The notes under the pieces: generated by a model
The model's input: the letters and a program-made list of their open reading frames with translations, nothing else
Databases searched by the model: none
What the model was told of the DNA's origin: nothing
Made by a program: the position numbers and the translations under genes
From: Eledone cirrhosa
Taxonomy: Eukaryota
Reading direction: 5' to 3'
Length of the DNA: 64,000 nucleotides
Assembly: GCA_964016885.1 (NCBI GenBank)
Contig: OZ024741.1
Location: 361,832,001-361,896,000, forward strand
Shown: positions 41,470-51,286 of the stretch, piece after piece
Numbering within the stretch: the stretch's first letter is position 1
Layout: every line of letters begins with the position of its first letter

Positions 41470-41470
<1 letters not shown>
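40888..41470 (-). mobile_element. Hammerhead-bearing non-coding element (474-bp unit + partial repeat), continued at 45170-45362 beyond a nested RTE
   Basis: taagttgaaaaaaatgaaaacg recurs at offset 474. Beyond the RTE the direct copy resumes (tacatacaggtacac...catcagttta) and then inverts. Confidence 0.8.
41199..41241 (-). ncRNA. Type I hammerhead ribozyme
   Basis: Minus strand acggtg CTGATGA t-agct-aaca-agct-t GAAA ctag TA catcgt: 6-bp stem I, palindromic stem III ACTAGT, GUA cleavage triplet. Confidence 0.8.
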
Positions 41471-41529
<59 letters not shown>

Positions 41530-41532
<3 letters not shown>

Positions 41533-44500
41533 CGGTTGCCTTCGATATATGATGGATGGATGGATGGACTGCGGAATCCTGGAGAGTGGAAAGGAGAGAA
41601 AAATCTGGACGCTCAGCGAAAATGCCAAAGTTAAAGTCAAATTCACCTCGTGGACGAGAATGTGAGCACTCCTCTTTGTTTCGTCCGCGGATGGCTAACA
41701 TAACCCCATCTCTCCCCGCCCCCACCGACCCCACCTTCCAAACACAATCCAAAACTTCAGAGTTGGTACCATAAATGTAGGAACCCTAAAGGGTCGCACT
41801 AACGAGGTTGTAGAAATGCTTGAACGTAAGGAGGTCGATGTATGTTGTATTCAAGAGACCAGGTGGAGGGGTGGGTCTGCTAGATTCATTGAGGGTAAAA
41901 AACGATGTTATAAGCTTTTCTGGGTGGGAAACGACGATGGGCTGGGTGGAGTAGGAATCATGGTTGCAGAAAAGTGGGCAGATAAGATAATAGACGTAAA
42001 TAGAGTGAACGTCAGAATAATTAAAATACGACTTGTCCTCAATAGAACTACGGTGACAGTAATATCTGCGTACGCACCCCAATCCGGACTGCCCGGCACT
42101 ATAAAAGACAGATTCTATGAGACACTAATGCTAACTACCTCCCAAATATCCGACAGTGACTATATAATTATTGCAGGCGACCTAAATGGTCACGTTGGAC
42201 AACATTGTGACGGCTACGACGAAATCCATGGAGGCTATGGGTTTGGTACTAGAAATGAGGAAGGCTCCAGAATCCTGGAATTCTGTGATGCAAATAACCT
42301 AACTATCTGTAACACTAACTTCAAAAAACGTGACAATCACCTGATCACCTATAGATCCGGGGAACACACAAGCCAGGTAGATTATATCCTTACCAGAAGA
42401 CGTGACAGTGTGTCTGTCGTAAACACTAAATCCCTCCCCCATGAAGAATGCACCTCCCAACATAGACTGATAATTAGCGACCTCATAGTCAGGACGAGAC
42501 GTACTCGACAGCAGAAGAGGACTATCCTCAGGAGAAAAATATGGAAGCTAAAGGACCCCACAGCCAGAAATAAATTTCAAAGCATATTACTTGATGCTTT
42601 CGACAGTAAGGAAGAACATTTACAGTCGGACAATATAGAGGGACAGTGGGAATTTCTGAAAGCAAACCTGCTGATGGCGACGGACGAAGTCTGTGGCTGG
42701 AGCAGGCCTGTAGGCAGGAGGAGAGTAACATGGTGGTGGAACAGTATAGTGGAGGGGTCAATTAAGGCCAAAAAGCAGGCTTGGAAAGTATGGCGGGATG
42801 GGGGAAGTAGAGAAGACAATCAAGTGGCCAGGAGGGAAGCTAGAAGACAAGTGTACTTATCAAGAAGGGAAGCAGAGGAAAGAAAGTTCAAGCATGTTCT
42901 ACAACGTGAGGACCAAAAACGTGAGGTGTTCAGGATTGCTAGGCAATGCGTCAAGGAAAACCGTGATATTGTCGGGGAGAAGTGTGTACTAAACGATGAT
43001 GGCACACTTGCCATCACCGACGCTCATAAGAAGGTAGCTTGGAAGTGTCACTATGAAAGGCTACTAAATGAGGAGAATAAATGGGAGAAAGACAGTCTCT
43101 CCCATATCGACCCAATAGAGGGACCAGCAGTGTTAGTCGAGGGGAGTATAATAAGTAAGGCAATCAAGGATATGAAGACGGGTAAGGTGGCTGGGCCTTC
43201 GGAAATAGTTGCTGAGATGCTGAAGGCATCTGGCACGGTGGGACACACCATGGTCACCCGGATAGTTAACCAAGTCGTACAGAATGGGGTTGTTCCGAAG
43301 GACTGGCATAGCAGCATCATCGTTAACTGTTATAAGGGTAAAGGAGATGCCCTAGATAGGAGTAACTATAGAGGCATTAAATTAATCGACCAGGTCATGA
43401 AGGTCACGGAAAAAGTAATAGCGCAACTAATCAGAGAGAGAATTGACCTAGATGAAATGCAGTTCAGGTTTGTGTCAGGCAAAAGTACCACAGACGCTCT
43501 TTTCATAGTACGACAACTACAGGAGAAGTACCTAGCTAAAGGTAAACCCCTCTACTTAGCTTTTGTCGACTTGGAGAAAGCCTTCGACAGAGTCCCCCGC
43601 TCCATTATCTGATGGGCTCTTAGAAAACTAGGCGTTGACGAATGGCTTGTGAGGGCTATACAAGCCATGTATAAAGAAACAGTCAGCAAGGTTAGAATTA
43701 ACAACGAATATAGTGAAGAGTTTAGCGTAAAAGTTGGCGTCCATCAGGGCTCTGTTCTCAGCCCCCTACTATTTATTATTGCCCTTCAGGCTATAACAGA
43801 GAAGTTCAAGACCGGCTGCCCATGGGAACTCCTATACGCAGACGACCTGACACTCATAGCGGAATCAATGGCCGAGCTAGAGAAGAAATTCCAAACATGG
43901 AAGCACGGCCTAGAGTCAAAAGGACTTAAAATTAACCTGGTTAAGACTAAAGTTCTAGTTTGTAGGAAAGAAAACAAAGCGGCGGTCCCTTCTGGGAAAT
44001 GGTCGTGCTCGGTGTGTAGGAAAGGCGTAGGTAGAAACTCCATTTTATGTCCTAAATGCAAAGTATGGGTGCATAAAAGATGTAGTGGGATCACAGGTAA
44101 GCTAACTAAGAACATAGATTTTACATGTGGCCGGTGTTCTGGTGCAATAAGTAGCAGCAAGTGCCCACAAAATACTAGCTCTTTCAATTACGCAGAGGGT
44201 TCTATAGAAATAGTGGACAGCTTCCGTTACCTGGGCGATAAAATCAGCAGTGGGGGAGGGTGCTCTGAAAGTACAGTAGCTAGAGTCAGAACTGGTTGGA
44301 AAAAGTTCAGAGAGCTTATACCACTATTAGCTGCTAAAGGGTTCTCCCTAAAAATGAAAGGCAGGTTGTACGATGCCTGCATACGAACAGCAATGTTGCA
44401 TGGCAGTGAGACCTGAGTATTGTGTGCAGAGGATATACGCAGACTAGAGAGGAACGAAGCTTGCATGCTCCGCTGGATGTGCAACAGTAATATACGTGAA

Positions 44501-45158
44501 CGGCAAAGCATAAACGAACTAAGGAAAAAATTAGAAATAAGAGGGATCAGATGTTGTTTACTCGAGAGAAGGCTACGTTGGTATGGACACGTGATGCGCA
44601 TGAAAGTCGATAGCTGTATAACAAAGTGCAGGGCAATAAAGATAGACGGTAGCCACGGAATAGGCAGACCTAGAAAAACCTGGGACGAGCTGATAAACTC
44701 CGACCTCACACACTTACACCTCTCCAAGACAATGTCACTGGACCGAGACCTTTGGCGGTACTCAGTAACAGAGAAGACCCGCCTTGCCAGTAGGCATCTC
44801 TAACAAAATACACCCCGTCCCACCACCCCCACCCCCACCCCATCCACACCACCCCGTTCTATGTAAAGTTATGTTGGTGCCGCGGCATCCAGGCCGAAAC
44901 AAATGAGATCGTGTAGGTGCCACGACAAAAAAACACACAGTCCACGCTATAATGTGGCCGTGTAGGCAACACGGTAAAAACCTCCCAGACCCACACTGTA
45001 AATGTGGTTGGTGTTAGGAAGGGCATCCAACTGTAGAAAACCTGCCAGACAGTCCTATGCGAGCAAGACAATCACTCTTGCCTCAAGTGGGAATACCCCC
45101 GTCCAAACCCATGCAAGCGTGGAACACGGACGTTAAACGTTGATGATGATGATGATGA
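41530..45158 (+). mobile_element. RTE family A, nearly full length; APE-RT-PHD ORF broken only by two TGG>TGA stops
   Basis: ORFs 41816-43612, 43649-44416 and 44420-44803 are in one frame; (TA)n on both sides. Confidence 0.97.
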
Positions 45159-45484
45159 TATATATATATATACATACAGGTACACATACATATATGCACG
45201 CATCAGTTTACAAACGAACAAAGCGGCGTTATAATAAGCGTTCGCTAAACTGATGCATGCATATATGTATGTGTACCTGTATGTATATATATATATATAT
45301 ATGCATGCTACTGTACGTCTGTATACATATATGTATGTACGTATACATACATACTTACATTTATATAAATATAAATATAAATATAAATATATATATATAA
45401 ATATATATATACATATGAATGGCGTAGACATTACAAAACAATACAATACATTACAGTACAATACAATAGGAGGGAATATAATAG

Positions 45485-45528
45485 TACCACTGATGATGTT
45501 GCAGATGTGCAACGAAAGAATTTTGATA
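45485..45528 (+). ncRNA. Degenerate hammerhead-like motif
   Basis: tacca CTGATGA t gttgca-gatg-tgcaac GAAA gaattt tgata. Perfect 6-bp stem II; stems I and III are imperfect. Lies in a fragment of about 115 bp between TA tracts. Confidence 0.4.
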
Positions 45529-45729
45529 GACTATATATATATATAAATATATATATAAATATATATATATATAAATATATAAATATATATATATATAAAT
45601 ATATATATAAATATATATATATATATAAATATATATAACCAAATGTTAAACAAGATTCATTGATTATTCAATGAATAGATTTTTACATAGATTAAAAGCA
45701 CTCAACAGTAACATTTTCTGAAGTTATTA

Positions 45730-46080
45730 ATATTATTCAAAATATTAATAAATGGATACATTCACATAATCAAAATATATGTTTTATTATATATATTTCT
45801 GAGGTACTGTACTGTTTTTTCAGCATGTCCTCATCAGATAAAATACATAAATTGATGCATGACATACCTCAACTGTGGTGATGGTTCAATTTCAGTCTTC
45901 AATTACTGCCAAGAGTGAAATTGAACCATCAGCACAGTTGAGGTATGTCATGCATCAATTTATGTATTTTATCTGATGAGGACATGCTGAAAAAACAGTA
46001 CAGTACCTCAGAAATATATATAATAAAACATATATTTTGATTATGTGAATGTATCCATTTATTAATATTTTGAATAATAT
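45730..46080. repeat. Near-perfect inverted repeat, arms about 165 bp, 21-nt spacer, between TA tracts
   Basis: 45730-45894 is the reverse complement of 45916-46080. Confidence 0.95.
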
Positions 46081-46164
46081 AAATATATATATAAATATAT
46101 ATATAAATATATATATATATAAATATATATATAAATATATATATATATAAATATATATATAAAT

Positions 46165-46217
<53 letters not shown>

Positions 46218-46252
46218 AATATATAAATATATATAAATATATATATATATAA

Positions 46253-46303
<51 letters not shown>

Positions 46304-46314
46304 TATATAAATAT

Positions 46315-49300
46315 ACAAATCTTGTATTTTTGTTTACGTTCGTTAAATACGGGGATCTCACCTAAACAAATCCTTCTCGCTAACAACTCAACACCCCTCC
46401 CTCCCGCCCCCACACACCACCATTATTATTACGTGGACCAATCATAAGCCAGAGGCCTATACTATCGCTTACCTGGTCGCCTTCGATATGTAGGATGGAA
46501 GGATTACGGAGTTCCGGAGAGTTGAAGAGAGAAAAATCTGGACGCTCAGCGACAATGCCAAAGTTAAAGACAATCACACCTCGTGGACGAGAATGCGAGC
46601 ATGCCTCTTTGTTTCGGCCGCGGATGGCTAACATAACCCCATCTCCCCCCGCTCCCCACCTTTCCAACCCCCCAAACGCAATCCAAAACTTCAGATTTGG
46701 TACCTTGAATGTAGGCACCTTAAAGGGTCGCTCTAACGAGGTTGTAGAAATGCTTGAACGTAAGGAGGTCGATGTTTGTTGTATTCAAGAGACCAGGTGG
46801 AGGGGTGGATCTGCTAGATTCATTGTGGGTAGAAAACGATGCTATAAGCTTTTCTGGGTGGGAAACGACAATGGGCTGGGTGGAGTAGGAATCATGGTAG
46901 CAGAAAAGTGGGCAGATAAGATAATAGACGTAAATAGAGTGAACGACAGAATAATTAAAATAAGACTTGTCCTCAATAGAACTACGGTGACAGTAATATC
47001 CGCGTACGCACCCCAATCCGGACTGCCCGGCACTATAAAAGACAGATTCTATGAGACACTGATGCTCACTACCTCCCAAATAACCAACAGTGACTATATA
47101 ATTATTGCAGGCGACCTAAACGGTCACGTTGGACAACATTGTGACGGCTACGACGAAATCCATGGAGGCTATGGGTTTGGTACTAGAAATGAGGAAGGCT
47201 CCAGAATCCTGGAATTCTGCAACGCAAATAACCTAACTATCTGCAACACTAACTTCAAAAAACGAGACAATCACTTGATCACCTACAGATCAGGGGAACA
47301 TACCAGCCAGGTAGATTATATCCTTACCAGAAGACGTGACAAAGTGACTGTCGTAAACACTAAATCCCTCCCCCATGAAGAATGCACCTCCCAACATAGC
47401 CTGATAATTAGCGACCTAATAGTCAGGACGAGACGTACTAGACAACAGAAGAGGACTATCCTCAGGAGAAAAATATGGAAGCTAAAGGACCCCACAGCCA
47501 TAAATAAATTCCAAAGCATATTACTTGATGCTTTCGACAGTAAGGAAGAGCAATTAGAGACGTACAAGGTAGAGGAACAGTGGGAATTCCTGAAAGCAAA
47601 CCTGCTGACGGCGGCAGACGAAGTCTGTGGCTGAAGCAGGCCTGTAGGCAGGAGGAAAGTAACATGGTGGTGGAACAGTAAGGTGGAGGGGTCAATTAAG
47701 GCCAAAAAGCAGGCTTGGAAAGTATGGCGGGATGGGGGAAGCAGAGAAGACTATCAAGTGGCCAGGAGGGAAGCTAGGAGACAAGTGTACTTCGCAAGAA
47801 GGGAAGCAGAGGAAAGAAAGTTCAAGCATGTTCTACAACGTGAGGACCAAAAACGTGAGGTGTTCAGGATTGCTAGGCAATGTGTCAAGGAAAACAGTGA
47901 TATTGTCGGGGAGAAGTGTGTACTTAACGATGACGGCGTACTTGCCATCACCGACGCCGATAAGAAGGTAGCTTGGAAGTGTCACTATGAAAGGCTACTA
48001 AATGAGGAGAATAAATGGGAGAAAGACAGTCTCCCCCACATTGACCCAATAGAGGGACCAGCAGTGTTAGTCGAGGGTAGTATAATAAGTAAGGCAATCA
48101 AAGATATGAAGACAGGCAAGGCGGCTGGGCCTTCGGAAATAGTTGCCGAGATGCTGAAAGCATCTGGTACGGTGGGACATACCATGGTCACCCGGATAGT
48201 CAACCAAGTCATACAGAATGGGGTTGTTCCGAAGGACTGGCGTAGCAGCATTATCGTTAACTGTTATAAGGGTAAAGGAGATGCCCTAGATAGGAGTAAC
48301 TATAGAGGCATTAAATTAATCGACCAGGTCATGAAGATCACGGAAAAAGTAATAGCGCAACTAATCAGAGAGCGAATTGATCTAGATGAAATGCAGTTCG
48401 GGTTTGTGTCAGGAAAAAGTACCACAGACGCTCTTTTCATTGTGCGACAACTACAGGAGAAGTACCTAGCTAAAAGTAAACCCCTATACTTAGCTTTCGT
48501 CGACTTGGAGAAGGCCTTCGACAGAGTCCCCCGCTCCATTATCTGGTGGGCTCTTAGAAAACTAGGTGTTGATGAATGGCTTGTGAGAGCTATACAAGCC
48601 ATGTATAAAGAAACAGTCAGCAAGGTTAGAATTAACAACGAATATAGTGAAAAGTTTAGTGTAAAAGTTGGTGTTCATGAGGGCTCTGTTCTTAGCCCCC
48701 TACTATTTATTATTGCCCTCCAGGCTATAAAAGTGGAGTTCAAGACCGGCTGCCCATGGGAACTCCTATACGCAGATGATCTAACGCTCATAGCTGAATC
48801 AATGGCCGAGCTAGAGAAGAAATTCCAAACATGGAAGCACGGCCTAGAATCAAAAGGCCTTAAAATTAACCTGGCTAAGACTAAAGTTCTAGTTTGTAAG
48901 AAAGAAAATAAGGGGGCTGTCCCCTCCGGGAAGTGGCCATGCGCAGAGTGTAGGAAAGGCGTAGGTAGAAATTCCATTTTGTGTCCCAAATACAAAGTTT
49001 GGGTGCATAAAAGATGTAGTGGGATCACAGGTAAGCTAACTAAGAACATAGATTTTACATGTGGCCGGTGTTCTGGGGCAATAAGTAGCAGCAAGTGCCC
49101 ACAAAATACTAGCTCTTTCAACTGCGCAGAGGGTTCTATAGAAATAGTGGACAGCTTCTGTTACCTGGGTGACAAAATCAGCAGTGGGGGAGGGTGCTCT
49201 GAAAGTACAGTAGCTAGAGTCAGAACTGGGTGGAAAAAGTTCAGAGAGCTTATACCACTATTAGCCGCTAAAGGGTTCTCCCTAAAAATGAAAGGCAGGT

Positions 49301-50114
49301 TGTATGATGCCTGCATATGAACAGCAATGTTGCATGGCAGTGAAACCTGGGCATTGTGTGCAGAGGATATACGCAGACTAGAGAGAAACGAAGCTTGCAT
49401 GCTCCGCTGGATGTGTAATAGTAATATACGTGAACGACAAAGCATAAACGAACTAAGGAAAAAATTAGAAATAAGAGGGATCAGATGTTGTTTACTAGAG
49501 AGAAGGCTACGTTGGTATGGTCACGTGATGCGCATGAAGGACGATAGCTGTATAACAAAGTGCAGGGCAATAAAGATAGACGGTAGCCACGGAATAGGCA
49601 GACCCAGAAAAACCTGGGACGAGCTGATAAACTCCGACCTCACACACTTACACCTCACCAAGACAATGTCACTGGACCGAGACCTTTGGCGGTACTCAGT
49701 AATAGAGAAGACCCGCCTTACCTAAATACAAAGTAAAACCTACTACAGTCAGTAGGCATCTCTAACAAAATACACCCCCGTCCCACCACCCCACCCCATC
49801 CACACCGCCCCCTTCTATGTAAAGTTATGTTGGTGCCACACGATCCAGGCCGAAACAAATGAGATCGTGTAGGTGTCACGACAAAAAAACACACAGTCCA
49901 CGCTGTAATGTGGCCGTGTAGGCAACACGGTAAAAACCTCTCAGACCCACACTGTAAATGTGGTTGGTGTTAGGAAGGGCATCCAACTGTAGAAAACCTG
50001 TCAGACAGTCCTATGCGAGCAAGACAATCACTCTTGCCTCAAGTGGGAAAACCCCCGTCCAAACCAACCCATGCAAGCGTGGAACACGGACGTTAAACGT
50101 TGATGATGATGATG
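46315..50114 (+). mobile_element. RTE family A, longest copy with 5' UTR; single ORF 46495-49725 broken by two TGA stops
   Basis: ORFs 46495-47634, 47683-49320 and 49327-49725 are in frame; APE, RT YADD; PHD with one Cys>Tyr; (TA)n on both sides. Confidence 0.97.
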
Positions 50115-50214
50115 ATATATATATATATATATATATATAAAGAAAGAAAAAGGGATGAAATCGAAAATGCAACTGAAGTCTTATTTTTTTAAAAATATAT
50201 ATATTTATTTGGTT

Positions 50215-50252
50215 CCTTTACCGGTTTCGCAGTTCTTCTGCTTTTCAAAAGG
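50215..50252 (-). ncRNA. Type I hammerhead ribozyme, U3-A8 core variant
   Basis: Minus strand cctt TTGAAAA gcag-aagaa-ctgc GAAA ccgg TA aagg: perfect stems I and II, palindromic stem III ACCGGT. Confidence 0.85.
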
Positions 50253-50760
50253 TGAGTTGAGATGGAGGGTCTGTGGTTTTTCTCACATCTGGTTGGTCTC
50301 TAAATGTTACTTGTTTTATATGGAAAAACTGGCTCGAAAACCAGGTTTTTCGAGAAGTAATTTGATTGGTTTGTCAATAATTATAATAAATTTCGCGCCA
50401 GTTCGCGTTACAATAGTTCTTCAAATAAGAGAGGGGGGGTTGTCACAGGTTGTTTTTTCATATATGAGTGTTTGAATTTCTTTTTACTTGAAAAAATGAG
50501 GCTCACGAAGGCTTTTTTTTGGTTGGTTATAAATGAAATTTGGCTGTCACGTCAACAAGTTTTCATTACATTTTTGCGCCCTTATTTGGAAAACTATTCT
50601 GTAGTCTATAGTGAATGTTATGACAATGGAGAGATAGTGGTCAAGGGAAAAGGGATTGGGAGAAATGTTCTGGTTCAGTGAATATGGCCAGCTGTCAGAG
50701 TTCAGGTGTCAGAGTTCAGATTTTCTATTGAGACTGAAGATATGTGTTTATTTGTGTGCT

Positions 50761-50793
<33 letters not shown>

Positions 50794-51286
50794 ATGTGTG
50801 TATTGGAAGATGATTCTATTAGTAGAGATGGGGGAGGGAGTTGTGTGTGTGTGTATATGGGTGTTATGTGTGTGTGTGCGAGTATGTTAGATAGAGAGAA
50901 TATATATTTTTTGTGTGTGTGTATATATATATGTGTGTAGGAAAGTGGTTCTATTAGTAGAAATGGGGAGGGTGTTGTAGGTGTGGGGGTTTTTATGTGT
51001 GTGTATGGGTGTTATGTGTGTGGGAGTATGGTTAGCATGTTAAGATGAAGAGAATATATATATATATATATATATATATTGTGTGTGTGTATGTGTGTGT
51101 GTAGGAAAATGATTCCTTTAGTAGGAATATTTTTGAATGAACATATTTTCCTGACTTTTTCGTGTTTGCTGTTGTATTGCCAGTGCAAACGTATGTTTAA
51201 GGTTTATTTAGTTCGGGTTTTTATTTTCTAAAGTAGGTGTTATGTGTGTGTGTGTATGTCATATTGTGGTGTTGACATAATGTATA

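Noticed and set aside
45968-46010. CTGATGA ggacatgct GAAA inside the foldback arm
   Set aside because: Core spacing is suggestive, but I could not form stems I and III.
45929-46413. YIYI-rich ORFs (also near 41400, 54550 and 58800) and poly-T/V/E-R ORFs (30632-30893, 5179-5583)
   Set aside because: Translations of (TA)n, (CAC)n, (GAT)n and (GA)n microsatellites.
46315-46495. HDV-like ribozyme in the RTE 5' UTR, as known for some RTEs
   Set aside because: I could not assemble the nested double pseudoknot by eye; it needs an RNArobo/Infernal search.
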